Of a stretch of 64,000 nucleotides of DNA, positions 12,501 to 21,938 are shown one piece after another. Under the pieces are notes generated by a model that was given only the letters and a program-made list of their open reading frames with translations, was not told the origin of the DNA and made no database searches. The number at the start of each line of letters is the position of its first letter. Positions within the stretch are counted from its first letter, which is position 1. The position numbers and the translations under genes were made by a program. The stretch covers positions 480,001 through 544,000 of the forward strand of contig CBDCXM010000009.1 in NCBI GenBank assembly GCA_965223855.1. The letters run 5' to 3'. Source of the stretch: Candidatus Multivoradales bacterium (GTDB taxonomy: Bacteria; Acidobacteriota; Thermoanaerobaculia; Multivoradales; JAHEKO01).

Positions 12501-12609
12501 CCTCCGCCCGCGGCATGCCGAGATACGCCTGCAGTCCCGCGACGACGATCACGCCGAGCAGCACGAGGCTGACCCGGTTCTGCTCGATCGCCGTGCGGGT
12601 GAGATTCAA
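9520..12609 (-). CDS. RND efflux permease (AcrB/AcrD/AcrF family)
   Basis: 1029 aa; GLLVDNAIV, RLRPILLTT and PGASPERVE motifs. Confidence 0.95.
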   Translation of the reverse strand: MNLTRTAIEQNRVSLVLLGVIVVAGLQAYLGMPRAEDPGFTIRTAMILTYFPGASPERVEQLVTDKLEKAIQEMPEVDTISSQSKNGVSVVLVDIQERYTEMRPIWDDLRRKVQRASGELPDGVIGPNVNDEFGDVFGTVVNLTGDGYTYAELEDVAEAVRDDLLLIDEVAKVAVHGTQDERVFVEFNNARLAELGLSPGQLSGVLESRNIINPGGEVRTNDEVIVLEPSGNFESVEDLARTILRLPGSGELVYLEDVATVTRGYIDPPERLMRASGVPGLALAVSLREGGNILVLGEKVEAAIERARNSYPHGIEFEFTQFQAGEVAKRVDDFVGNLLQAVGIVMLVMLVSLGLRTGLVVASLIPMAIVMSFNFMSLFDVGINSMSLAALIIALGLLVDNAIVMSESILVSTGEGKSVKEAAIASAAELKLPLLVSSLTTAAAFLPIYLAESAVGEYTAALFQVVTITLLCSWLLAITMIPLLCVLFLKVKKQEGESYDSTFYRRYRGLLQLALRNPWKTVAIVALVFFGSMQLFAFVPAIFFPPNERASLIAELRLPTGTPLARTSELTAEFEAFMREELLVTPDEAAAGAVGLTDWATFVGEGAPRFFLSYGPEQASPEYAIIVANATTRPYIDEAVETLRVFARRFPGLKAQIDPLPLGPPAGDPIEVRVSGPDSDVVFRLVDQVKRRLGEVDGPRNLADDWGARSKKLLVRVDEARAQRAGVSNQDIALSLQTVLSGITTTEYREDDKIIPVTLRSVEADRLDLGKLSSLNVYSQATGRSLPLEQVADLEVAWQPANIRRRNRLRTVTVAADLDPGFTAIAVNQQLVPLLDQDRAEWPLGYSYEIGGEDEASEEANASIGAKLPIAGLLIVLLLVAQFNSLRRPAIILITIPLGMIGVIFGLLVMRSYFGFMTLLGVVSLAGIVINNAIVLLDRIEIEQRENGLSPQRAIVESAQRRLRPILLTTMTTLGGLIPLYLGGGVMYQPMAVAIMFGLVFATLLTLGVVPVLYSLFFRVSFAEFRYSR

Positions 12610-13697
12610 GGGGCCGTCTCCGCCGCCACCCGCTCGCCGTCCGAGAGGCGGCGCACGCCGGCCGTGACGACGCGATCGCCGATGTGCACTCCGTCGAGAA
12701 CCTCGATCCCGCGATCGGAGAGCCCGCCGACCGCAACGGCGCGACGGCGCACGATCCCCGCCCCCTCACCGTCTTCGACAAGTACGAAGACGTAGGTGCC
12801 CTCGCGATCCTCGCCGACCGCGACTGCCGGAATCACGAGCCGATCGGCGCCGGCGCTGGGAGCGAAGCGGAAGCCGACCTCCGCCGCCATGCCGGAGCGG
12901 ATGTCCGGGTCGGCACTCGCCAGCCGTACGACGACCGGGAACGTCGTCGCCGTGCCGACGGCGGCCGCACCCGCCTCGCTGACGGTGGCATCGAAGCTGC
13001 GACCCGGCAGCGCGGGGAAGCTCACCGAGACCTGCTGGCCGAGCTCGATGGAAGCGATCAACTGCTCCGGCAGCGATACCTCGACTTCGGCACTACCGCC
13101 GGAAGTCAGCAGGAATGCCATCTGGCCGGCCTGCACCGCCTCGTTGACCTCGATGTTGCTCGACGCCACCGTGCCCGCCTCGGGCGAGCGCAGCCGCGTG
13201 TAGGAGAGCTGCTGACGCGCCTGCTCGAGCCGCTTGGCGGCGGCGTCGACCTGGGCGCTCGAGGATTCCGAGCCGGCGCGCGCGGCGTCGAGCTCGCGGC
13301 GCGACGCGTTGTTGTTCTCGTAAAGGGCGCGTACCCTATCGTAGTCGGCTTCGGCGTTGCGCGAGGCCGCTTCGGCCTGCGCGAGGCCGGCGACCGCCTC
13401 CTGGACCCGGAGCTCGTAGTCGGTCGTGTCGAGCGCCGCCAGCACCGCGCCGCGCTCGACCTTCTGACCGACGACCACCGGGATGCGCTCGACCGTTCCC
13501 GCGACCCGGAAGCTCAGGCGCGATTCGGTGCCGGCCTTGGCCAGGCCGGCGAACGTTCGCACCTGCGCCTCGGCGCTGGAGCTGACCGTGACGGTACGCA
13601 CCGGCCGCAGCACCGTTTCTGCCGGCGGCGGCTCGGAGCAGCCGAACACCATCGCGGCGGCGCCGGCGATACAGAACCCGCGGACTGGAACTCTCAT
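12606..13697 (-). CDS. RND efflux periplasmic adaptor (MFP), lipoprotein
   Basis: Start reassigned to ATG 13697 (ATGA overlap with upstream stop); lipobox VFGC; LSFRVAG, hairpin and barrel-sandwich motifs. Confidence 0.92.
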   Translation of the reverse strand: MRVPVRGFCIAGAAAMVFGCSEPPPAETVLRPVRTVTVSSSAEAQVRTFAGLAKAGTESRLSFRVAGTVERIPVVVGQKVERGAVLAALDTTDYELRVQEAVAGLAQAEAASRNAEADYDRVRALYENNNASRRELDAARAGSESSSAQVDAAAKRLEQARQQLSYTRLRSPEAGTVASSNIEVNEAVQAGQMAFLLTSGGSAEVEVSLPEQLIASIELGQQVSVSFPALPGRSFDATVSEAGAAAVGTATTFPVVVRLASADPDIRSGMAAEVGFRFAPSAGADRLVIPAVAVGEDREGTYVFVLVEDGEGAGIVRRRAVAVGGLSDRGIEVLDGVHIGDRVVTAGVRRLSDGERVAAETAP

Positions 13698-16180
13698 CGT
13701 CGATCTCCGTTCTCGAGGGCGCCCTCTTGCGCCAGGAACTCCTGGAGCCTCCTCATGAAATCCGCCCGTTCCGATGGGTCGGCGGCCGGTTCGATCGCAC
13801 TCGCCGCTCGCTTCGCCTCGAGGAAGTCGAGCAGAAAATCGTAGCGGGCGTCGGAGGCGACCTCCTCGGCATTGAGGGCGGCGGTCTGGGCGTCGAGCAG
13901 GTCGAGCAGCGCCGCCGCCCCGCGGACGTAGGCATCCACCACCAGGTCGAGGTTCTCGCGAGCCGCATCGGCCGCCTGGTCGGCGAGCTCCATTCCGAGC
14001 CTCGACGCACGCGCCTGCTCGAGCGCGATGAGGATCCCCTGCTCGATCTTCTCCGCCAGCGAGGTCCTCAGGAGGCCGAGACGCTCGAGCTCGACCGCCG
14101 CCTGGCGCTGGACGGCGCCGCGGGCGCCACCGGTGAAGAGCGGCAGCGAGGAGAACAGCCCGAGGCTCCAGTTGGTGTCGTCGGTGCGCACCATGTCGGC
14201 GCCCGCCCCGGAGCGCGAGACGATCTCCTCGAGCGACCCCTGGAGCGAGAAGCTCGGCGCCCACGCACCGAGCCGGGCGGCACGCTCGAAGCGCTGCTGT
14301 GCGCGGACGGAGGCATCGACCGCGGCCAGCGCCGGCGAGCGCTCAAGCCCTTCGCCGACGACGAACCGGGTGAAGGCGCGGTAGCCGCGTGGAGTGCCGA
14401 CATAGGTCTCGAACTCGTCGGTGCCCGCCATCACCCGGCTCGCTCCGGTGTCGATCTCGCTCACCACGATGGGAGCGTCGAGATCGCGATGCAGCAGCCG
14501 GTTGAGAGCGATCTCGGCAGTGCGCCGGGAAGCGACCGCCGAGACCAGCGACTGCCGGGCGCTGGCGATCTCGCTCTCCCAGCGGACCACCTCTCCGGCC
14601 GCCGCCGCACCGACCTCGCGTCGCACCTGCGCCACCTCGAGATTCGAGCGGGTGCGATCGACGTTGTTGCGCTGAATGCGCTCGAAGGCCCGTGCCCGCA
14701 GCAGGTTGAGATAGGCGGAGCCCGCCTCGAGGGCGGTGTCGAGCCGTGCGTTCTGAAGCTCGTGTTCGCGGCTCGCCAGCAGCTCACGCTGGATCGCCCG
14801 GTTGGCGACGACGGTCGGTGAAAACAGCAGGTGCGAGAAGCCCAGGCCGACCGAGGTCGAACGCTCGGGTTGATTGCCGAAGCTCTCGGCCGCCCGGTCG
14901 CGATCGACCTGGTTCGTCCCGGCCGTCAGATCGAGCTGGGGCAGCAGGTCGGCCACCGCCAGCCTGACGTCCTCGACGCTCGCCTCGAGCGACCGGCGCT
15001 CCGCGGCGAGATCGACGTTCGACTGGAGCGCCTCGCTGACCGCCTGGTCGAAGTCGAGCCGGTACGACCCTTCGAGCGGTTCGGCATGGAGCAGCTCGGC
15101 CTCGATCAGCACCTCCCAGCGCGGCGAGACGTCGATCGCCCGCGCCGTCGCCATGTTGATCACCAGCCGCTCGCGGACGCTGAAATCGACCGGGATCTCG
15201 CCCGGTTCCTCGCCGAGCAGTATGCGCTGGACGTTGAGAGCGATCCGGCGGGAGAGCTTGGGGAAGAACTCCGGCGTACCGGTGGTGGCGAGCATCCCCG
15301 CCTCGACATCCCCCCCGCCGAGCCCCGAGAAGCTCGGCAACCCGCGGTCGATGAAACCGTCGATCAGGCGTCGGTACTCGCCCGGGCCGAACTGGAAGAG
15401 CGGCCACACATAGACCGCGTCGATGTCGGCCGGCAGCGCCGCCAGAACCTCCTCGGCCGACTCCCGCGCCGGCACGTACTCGAAGTCGATCCCGGTCCCC
15501 TCGAGGCTCTGGCTCGTGTTCTGCTCGATCTCCGGAATCGCCTCGAGCAGGGCCGCCGACGAGACGACCGCCAGCTTGCGGAACGGGACGATGTCGCGGA
15601 AGGTCTCGACCTCCTGAACGATCGTGTCCGGCAAGGCCACGTAGGAGAGGTTCTTCACCCCGCTGGCGCCGTTGACCCGGCTGAGCCCCTGGAGGTCGGC
15701 ATCGAGGATCACCGGTGCGATCACCGGCTTCGGCAGCTCGCCGAAGCAGCAGACCAGGTGCGACCCGATCAGCCCCCAGGTGATGACGAGATCGACCTCA
15801 GGATCGGCCAGCAGCTCGCGCAGATTGCGCTGCGCCGTCTCGAGGGTCCAGTCGCCGATCCGGTGGGCGTCGGGCGGAAACTCGATCTCGAACTCTCCCT
15901 CCGTCAGCGCCCCGATCTCGTTCGCGGTCAGCGCCTGAAGAGTGTCGTTGAACGCCCAGGGACCGTCGACGACGACGCCAATCGACACCGGCCCCTTCAC
16001 CGCGGAGGCCGCGCCGGCGGTGGGCGGCGCGAGTGCCCATGACAGAAGCGCGATCGCCAGAATGGCGATGCCCGGGGAAACCAGGCGAACCGACGCGTGT
16101 CGCGCCTCGGGCGCCCGCGATGTGCGTTCCAGGGTCATCTTCGACCGGGGGATGATGAGAGAGCTACGGATCGACGACAC
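13694..16180 (-). CDS. TolC-family outer membrane protein with N-terminal ABC substrate-binding-like domain
   Basis: C-terminal two OEP repeats (AYLNLLRA, LLDLLDAQ); about 330-aa N-terminal PBP-like domain ending LVINMATARAI; start may be ATG 16138. Confidence 0.85.
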   Translation of the reverse strand: MSSIRSSLIIPRSKMTLERTSRAPEARHASVRLVSPGIAILAIALLSWALAPPTAGAASAVKGPVSIGVVVDGPWAFNDTLQALTANEIGALTEGEFEIEFPPDAHRIGDWTLETAQRNLRELLADPEVDLVITWGLIGSHLVCCFGELPKPVIAPVILDADLQGLSRVNGASGVKNLSYVALPDTIVQEVETFRDIVPFRKLAVVSSAALLEAIPEIEQNTSQSLEGTGIDFEYVPARESAEEVLAALPADIDAVYVWPLFQFGPGEYRRLIDGFIDRGLPSFSGLGGGDVEAGMLATTGTPEFFPKLSRRIALNVQRILLGEEPGEIPVDFSVRERLVINMATARAIDVSPRWEVLIEAELLHAEPLEGSYRLDFDQAVSEALQSNVDLAAERRSLEASVEDVRLAVADLLPQLDLTAGTNQVDRDRAAESFGNQPERSTSVGLGFSHLLFSPTVVANRAIQRELLASREHELQNARLDTALEAGSAYLNLLRARAFERIQRNNVDRTRSNLEVAQVRREVGAAAAGEVVRWESEIASARQSLVSAVASRRTAEIALNRLLHRDLDAPIVVSEIDTGASRVMAGTDEFETYVGTPRGYRAFTRFVVGEGLERSPALAAVDASVRAQQRFERAARLGAWAPSFSLQGSLEEIVSRSGAGADMVRTDDTNWSLGLFSSLPLFTGGARGAVQRQAAVELERLGLLRTSLAEKIEQGILIALEQARASRLGMELADQAADAARENLDLVVDAYVRGAAALLDLLDAQTAALNAEEVASDARYDFLLDFLEAKRAASAIEPAADPSERADFMRRLQEFLAQEGALENGDRR

Positions 16181-16184
16181 GCTA

Positions 16185-17162
16185 TCACCGCAGCCCGCGC
16201 TTCGACATCAGCAGCCAGAGGAAGAACGGCCCGCCCAGGAGCGCCGTGACCACACCGACCGGCAGCTCGGCCGGCGCCATGATGCGGCGGCCGACCAGAT
16301 CGCACAGCGCGAGGAAGGCGCCGCCCCCGAGGAAACAGGCGGGCAGCAGCACCAGGTGGTCGTGGCCGAGGAAGCGTCGCAGGATGTGCGGCACGATCAG
16401 GCCGACGAAGCCGATCGGGCCGGCGACGGCGACGAGCGCTCCGATCATCGCCGAAGCGCCGGCGAGCACCGAGCGACGCAGTCGATGCAGATCGACACCA
16501 CGGCTGGCCGCCACCTCTTCTCCCGTCAGCAGCAGGTCGAGATCCCAGCGCAGCCGCAGCAGCACCAGCACCCCGACCACCACCCAGGGCAGCAGCCAGA
16601 ACACCTCTCGGTAGCCGACCACCGCCAGCCCCCCCATCATCCAGCGCACCATGCGGAACGTCTCGGTGAAATCGGAGCGGTACTGCAGGAACAGGATCAG
16701 CGCCGAGCAGGAGAGCGAGACCGCGATCCCCGACAGCAGGAGTGTCGAGGTCGTGAAGCTGCGGCGCGTCGCCAGGCCGAGGATGAGGATCGACACCGCC
16801 GCGGCGCCGACGAAGCTCGCCAGCCCGGTCAGCGGCACCGCGGCGAGCGTGCCGACCCCGATCTGGATCGCCACCACGGCGCCGAGCGCGGCACCAGAGG
16901 CGACACCGAGCGTGTACGGCTCGGCGAGCGAGTTGCGAAACAGGGTTTGAAAGGCGAGCCCGGCGGTTGCCAGCGCGCCGCCGGCCAGCAGTGCCAGCAG
17001 CACTCGCGGCAGGCGGATATGCCAGAAGACGAGATGGCCGGTCGTCCTCGGCTCGAAGAGCTCGCGCCACTGGAGCGTGTGCTCGCCCAGCCACGGAGCG
17101 AGCGCGAGCACCGCCAGCCACCCGGCGGCGAGAGCGACGAGACCGGTCGTCGCGCGACTCAC
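16185..17162 (-). CDS. btuC: Cobalamin/iron-chelate ABC transporter permease
   Basis: RLPRVLLA, FRNSLAEPYTLG, GPIGFVGLIVPH; GTG start overlaps upstream stop; downstream of B12 riboswitch. Confidence 0.88.
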   Translation of the reverse strand: MSRATTGLVALAAGWLAVLALAPWLGEHTLQWRELFEPRTTGHLVFWHIRLPRVLLALLAGGALATAGLAFQTLFRNSLAEPYTLGVASGAALGAVVAIQIGVGTLAAVPLTGLASFVGAAAVSILILGLATRRSFTTSTLLLSGIAVSLSCSALILFLQYRSDFTETFRMVRWMMGGLAVVGYREVFWLLPWVVVGVLVLLRLRWDLDLLLTGEEVAASRGVDLHRLRRSVLAGASAMIGALVAVAGPIGFVGLIVPHILRRFLGHDHLVLLPACFLGGGAFLALCDLVGRRIMAPAELPVGVVTALLGGPFFLWLLMSKRGLR

Positions 17163-17965
17163 CGTGCCGTCCGCGAGGCGCTCTCTCCGGTGTCGAAATC
17201 GAGCACCGGCAGCGGCTCGCCCGCGCCGTCGAGAATCCGGAACGGCGCCTCGAAGAGCTCGGCGAGGCGCTGGGAGGTCAGCACCTCCCGGGGCGTACCC
17301 TCGGCGACCACCTCGCCGTCGCGCAACGCGACGAGTCGTCGACACAGCCGCGCCGCGAAACCGAGATCGTGAGTCGCCACCAGCAGCGTTCGCGAGCCGC
17401 GCTGAGCCAGCGCCAGCAGCCGCTCGGCGACCCGTCGCTGGTTGCCGGCATCGAGGTGGGTCGTCGGCTCGTCGAGCAGCACGATCGGGCTCTCCTGGGC
17501 GAGAGCGGCGGCGAGGAAGGCGATCTGCCGCTCCCCGCCCGAGAGAGTCGAGAGCGGTCGCTCGAGCAGCGGCTCGATACCGACCTCGGCGGCGGCCCTG
17601 GCGACCGCCTCGAAGTCGCGCTGCGCGGGAGCGAGCTGAGTGCGCCCGAGGTAGGGATAGCGGGCCGAGAGCAGGAGCCGCCTCACCGTCAGCGGCACCT
17701 CCACCGGGCTGAGCTGCGGGACGTAGGCGATGCGCTTCGCCCTCTCCCTCGCCGGCCAGCCGGCGAGCGGTCTGCCGTCGAGATGCACCTCTCCCGCGTT
17801 CGGCGCCAGAAGCCCGCACAGCAGTCTCAACAGGGTGGTCTTGCCGGCGCCGTTGGGGCCGATCAGACCGACGCACTCTCCCCGGTCGAGCTCGAGATCG
17901 ACTCCGGCGAGAATCTCCCGCCCGCCGGCCGTCCATCGCAGCCGGCGCGCTTCGACGAGGCTCAT
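17159..17965 (-). CDS. btuD: Cobalamin/iron-chelate ABC transporter ATPase
   Basis: GPNGAGKT, LSGGE, LLDEPT; ATGA overlap. Confidence 0.88.
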   Translation of the reverse strand: MSLVEARRLRWTAGGREILAGVDLELDRGECVGLIGPNGAGKTTLLRLLCGLLAPNAGEVHLDGRPLAGWPARERAKRIAYVPQLSPVEVPLTVRRLLLSARYPYLGRTQLAPAQRDFEAVARAAAEVGIEPLLERPLSTLSGGERQIAFLAAALAQESPIVLLDEPTTHLDAGNQRRVAERLLALAQRGSRTLLVATHDLGFAARLCRRLVALRDGEVVAEGTPREVLTSQRLAELFEAPFRILDGAGEPLPVLDFDTGESASRTAR

Positions 17966-18873
17966 ACCAGCGGTTCGACGCAACGCGCCAGCGCTTCGCG
18001 CAGCTCGAGCATCACTTCAGGCAGACGTGGGCCCGGCACCATCACCTTCTCGCCGTCGACGACCTGCACACAGCGCGGCTCGCGCCCCGCCAGTCGGTCG
18101 AACTCGGCCCAGTCCTGGCGCAGCGCCTCCTCACGGTGCTCGAGCACCTCGAGCGGCTGGATCTCGACGACGACGTCCGGGTCGCGCACCAGAATCTCCT
18201 CGACCCCGACCTGCGGGTACGGCGTGCCGGCGTCGTGGAAGACGTTGCGACCGCCGACCTTCGCCAACAGCTGGTGGTAGAAGGTGCCGGACCCGGCGAT
18301 CAGCAGGTCACCGAGCTTCTGAGGCTCGCGGCCGATGACGAGTGCCACGCTCAGTGACTCGTCGAGCACCTCCGGCGCAAGGTCCTGCCGCCACTGGCGA
18401 AGGAACGCCTCGCCCCGCTCAGAGACGCCTGCCGCTTCGGCGATCCTGCCGATCGCAATCTCGACGTCGCCGAGGGTGTCGCTCGGCACCATCAGCACCT
18501 CGACTCCGACCGCCTCGAGCCGCTCGGCCAGCGACGCCTCGCTTTCGAGCAGTACGGCGAGCTCGGGTTGGAGAGTGACGATGCGTTCGAAGTCGGGGTT
18601 GAAGAGACCACCGAGGCGCGGCTTCGCCGCCAGCGCCGGAGGCCAGTTGACGTAGTCGCCCACGCCGACGACCCGGTCGTCGAGATCGAGCACGTGCAGC
18701 ACCTCGGCGGCGCTGGGCGCCATCGCGAGGATTCGCTGTGGCGCCGAGGAGGCGTCAACGCTCTCGCCTCCGTCGCCTCCGTCTCCTCCGCCGCAGGCGG
18801 CGAAGAGGAGCGCGGTGCTCAGCAGAAGGATCGCTCGCAGCTTCGGCATTATCGACATGGAGACTCGGGTCAC
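17962..18873 (-). CDS. btuF: Cobalamin-binding periplasmic lipoprotein (helical-backbone receptor)
   Basis: Lipobox FAAC; PQRILAMAPS, C-terminal PGPR; start GTG 18873 or ATG 18858. Confidence 0.85.
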   Translation of the reverse strand: MTRVSMSIMPKLRAILLLSTALLFAACGGGDGGDGGESVDASSAPQRILAMAPSAAEVLHVLDLDDRVVGVGDYVNWPPALAAKPRLGGLFNPDFERIVTLQPELAVLLESEASLAERLEAVGVEVLMVPSDTLGDVEIAIGRIAEAAGVSERGEAFLRQWRQDLAPEVLDESLSVALVIGREPQKLGDLLIAGSGTFYHQLLAKVGGRNVFHDAGTPYPQVGVEEILVRDPDVVVEIQPLEVLEHREEALRQDWAEFDRLAGREPRCVQVVDGEKVMVPGPRLPEVMLELREALARCVEPLV

Positions 18874-20735
18874 CCGGGGTTCTTCAGCCGCTGGAAATCG
18901 AGGCGGACGCCGGCCACCATCGTCCTCCCCGGGGCCGGGAAGCCTAGCGCCTCGGAGTAGGTCTCCTCCGTCAGATTCTCCACTCTCGCATACGGCGACC
19001 AGCGCGACCAGCCGCGGTAGGCGACGGCGACGTCGAGCCGCTCGTAGCCGGGGTTGGTTGCCCGTTCGAAGGTCGCCGGGTCGACATCGGGCCGCGAGCC
19101 CGTGTGGAACGCCGTTGCCGTGACCGCCCAGTCCTCCGGGCGCCAGGTGACGACCAGCGAGCCGCGCCACTCGGGGCGCCGCAACAGATCCAGGCGGTCC
19201 TCGAGATTCTCGGTATCGAGCCGGGTAGCGGTCAACCGCCCTTCGACCGTGCGGCGGCGGAATCCGGCCGTCGTCTCCACCCCGCGGGTCCGTGCACGGC
19301 CGACGTTGATGTTGGTGAAGGTCGCGAAGTCGAAATCGATCAGCTCTTCGAGCTCGTTCTCGAACGCCGTTACCGCCACGTCGACCCTCGAACCGCGATA
19401 GCTCCAGCCGAGCTCCACGCTTTCTGTCCGTTCGGGCTCGAGGGCGGGGTTGCCGCTGAAGGGGAAGTAGAGCTCGCCGAGGGACGGAGCACGGAACCCT
19501 TCGGCAGCGGCGAGATGGAAGCGGTGGCGCGCGGTGGCGGCGAACGCCACTCCCAGCCGCGGGGTCGTCGCCGAGCCGAAGGCGTCGTGATCGTCGGCCC
19601 GCACGCCGAGATCGATGCGCCAGCGCCCGGCGGAATGGAAGAGCTGGCCGAACCAGGCGTCGGTGCGCTGGCGCTCGCCTTCGAGATCGGGGCCGAAGAC
19701 GGAGCCACTGTCGACCTCCTGCCGCTCGACCTCCGAACCGAAGGCGATCCAGGTGTCGTCGCCGGCGTGTCGGGTGACGACGACGCGGGCCCGCTCGGAG
19801 GTGGAACGGTTGTCGGCGAAGGTGAAGCCGAACGGGTCGTCGGGGGCGAAAAAGGCGCTGTCCTGCTCGACTCGCGAGAGGCGGCCAGCGACTCTCCAGC
19901 GGCTCGAGGAGTACTCGATGGGGACCGAAATCTCGTGCTCGTCCCAGGCGCTGCGCCGGCGCGGAGTCGGCAGCCCTCCGGAGAACGGGATGCCGACCTC
20001 CGATTCGTTGTAGCGGCCGACGAGGCCGACCTCGAGCGCTTCGGTCGGCTCCCAGCGCAGCCTCACCGAAGCGTCGTCGCTGTCGTAGAAGTCGTTCGTC
20101 GCCTCACCGTCGCCGCGTCGCCGGTGGGCGGCGACGTCGATCGCCAGCCGCTCTCCCTCGACCCCGGCGGTCAGCATCATCCGCGAATGGCCGTTCTCTC
20201 CCGCCTCGACAGTCAGCCGTTCGCGGCTCGGCCCACTGAGCACCTGGACGACACCCCCGACCGCGTCGCTGCCGTAGAGGGCGCTATAGGGACCGCGAAC
20301 GACCTCGACACGCTCGACGCCGTCGGTCGGCAGCAGCCCCCAGTCGAAACCGCCGAAGTAGGGGCTGTTGAGCTCGATGCCGTTCCACAGCACCAGGGTG
20401 TGGTCCGACTCGGTGCCGCGGGTGAAAAGGGAGGTGACCTTGCCCGTCGTCCCCGAGCGCACCACGTCGAGGCCGGCGACCGAGCGCAGCAGGTCGGCGA
20501 CGTGGTGGGCCTGCCGGTCCTCGATCTCCCGTCGCCCGATCACCGAGGCGGCGACCGGCAGCAGGTCGGCCGACTCCGGCTCGAGCGAGGCGGTCACGAG
20601 GAGCGACTCCTCGATCCTGGTGCCGGCGCTCCCGGCGCCGGGTGCGTCGTCGTTCTCTTCGGCGCCGATCGGCGGCGCCAGGGTGGCGACCATCACTCCC
20701 CCGAGGAGGGTTCGCCGCAGGATGCGTTTCGTCAT
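18870..20735 (-). CDS. btuB: TonB-dependent vitamin B12 receptor
   Basis: Plug motifs FTRGTESDHTLVL, ERVEVVRGPYSALYGSDAVGGVV; first gene after cobalamin riboswitch. Confidence 0.9.
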   Translation of the reverse strand: MTKRILRRTLLGGVMVATLAPPIGAEENDDAPGAGSAGTRIEESLLVTASLEPESADLLPVAASVIGRREIEDRQAHHVADLLRSVAGLDVVRSGTTGKVTSLFTRGTESDHTLVLWNGIELNSPYFGGFDWGLLPTDGVERVEVVRGPYSALYGSDAVGGVVQVLSGPSRERLTVEAGENGHSRMMLTAGVEGERLAIDVAAHRRRGDGEATNDFYDSDDASVRLRWEPTEALEVGLVGRYNESEVGIPFSGGLPTPRRRSAWDEHEISVPIEYSSSRWRVAGRLSRVEQDSAFFAPDDPFGFTFADNRSTSERARVVVTRHAGDDTWIAFGSEVERQEVDSGSVFGPDLEGERQRTDAWFGQLFHSAGRWRIDLGVRADDHDAFGSATTPRLGVAFAATARHRFHLAAAEGFRAPSLGELYFPFSGNPALEPERTESVELGWSYRGSRVDVAVTAFENELEELIDFDFATFTNINVGRARTRGVETTAGFRRRTVEGRLTATRLDTENLEDRLDLLRRPEWRGSLVVTWRPEDWAVTATAFHTGSRPDVDPATFERATNPGYERLDVAVAYRGWSRWSPYARVENLTEETYSEALGFPAPGRTMVAGVRLDFQRLKNPG

Positions 20736-20870
20736 CTCGTCTCCGTTCCCGGATCGACGCCCCTCCCTTCAGGGGCGGATCACGAACGGCACGAGCCGAC
20801 TCGAGCCCCGCACCCCGCGGGAAGTCCCGACGCGGTCACGCCGTACAGACGAGTCCGGATCGGGGCGTCG

Positions 20871-21058
20871 GACGTCGGGGTCGGTCTCCTGGCTCCCGGG
20901 TCGTCCTACCTCCGGGCCTTCCCACGCGGTCGATGGACGCCCATCGCGCCGCGCAGTGGTGATCCCGGTTTCGTCACCGGTAACAGTGGCGGGGGCCGCG
21001 CCGGATTCTCACCGGCTTCCCAGGCAGCTCGGGCTAGCGAGCTGCGCACCCCGACGTC
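20871..21058 (-). ncRNA. Cobalamin riboswitch
   Basis: Minus strand reads GGTGC...GGGAA-GCCGGTGAGAATCCGGC...CCGCCACTGT...GGGAAG...AGCCAGGAGACC (B12 box); P1 formed by GACGTCGGGG/CCCCGACGTC; upstream of btuB. Confidence 0.95.
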
Positions 21059-21177
21059 AGGTTGTCAAAGAATCGGAACCCGACGCTCGGCCGGGCCTCG
21101 TTCGTCTGAACCTGATTGTACCCGCTCGCGCCGTCCGCGTCGGTCGGTGGCACCACGAGCCGGACAGCGGCGAAGAA

Positions 21178-21723
21178 CTACTGCTCGGCGCCGCCGCCGT
21201 CGCCGGGATCCGCTCCGGACGACAGGACCGCGGTCCCGAGAGCGAAACCGCCCGGGACGGTGTTCGTCGACGAGGAGCCGCCCGTCGAGAACGTCGAGGG
21301 GAAGCCGGCGCTGCCGGCGGAGTCGGTGTTGACGAACTGCTCCACCGACTGGTTCTGCTGCCCGGCGTCGCGCTGCTCGAGATAGCGCAGCAGACGGCTC
21401 GCCGGATCGGCGGGCGTCTCTTCCTCGCTGGAGGTCTCGTTGGGAGCGAATCCGAGGCTGATCGTGGTGTTGTCGATGACGAGGCCGTAACCCTTGCTCT
21501 CGAAGTCGACCTCGACCGCCGCGACCCGCTCGCGGGGGAAGGCGATCCAGTTGCCGTTCGAGGTCAGGAGCATCACCTTGTCCTCGTCCGGGTACGAGAG
21601 CTTCGGCCGGTAGCGGGTCTCGAAGGTCGCGCCGTTCTCGAGCGTCAGCGTGAACACTTCCGCCACCGCCATGGCGGGCAGCAGCAGGGCGAGCAGGGCG
21701 AGGACGAACGATTTGCGGGTCAT
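21178..21723 (-). CDS. Hypothetical secreted protein
   Basis: Signal peptide (AMAVA-E), GGAG RBS, G/S/T-rich tail. Confidence 0.75.
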   Translation of the reverse strand: MTRKSFVLALLALLLPAMAVAEVFTLTLENGATFETRYRPKLSYPDEDKVMLLTSNGNWIAFPRERVAAVEVDFESKGYGLVIDNTTISLGFAPNETSSEEETPADPASRLLRYLEQRDAGQQNQSVEQFVNTDSAGSAGFPSTFSTGGSSSTNTVPGGFALGTAVLSSGADPGDGGGAEQ

Positions 21724-21938
21724 CGACGACTCCTTCTGTGAACCGGCTCGGTACGTCTCCCGGACCGGCCTTTTCCACGTAACTGTGCACTATAGCACCG
21801 CTTTTTCGGTCCACGGGTGTGACGCAGACCGCAAGCAGCCGCTTTCACCGACGCTCCGGCAGACGTAAACTGCAGCTCGATCCGCGCCGCTCTCCATTCA
21901 CCTGGCACCTCGTCGCAGAACCCGTCACAGCGCGCACC

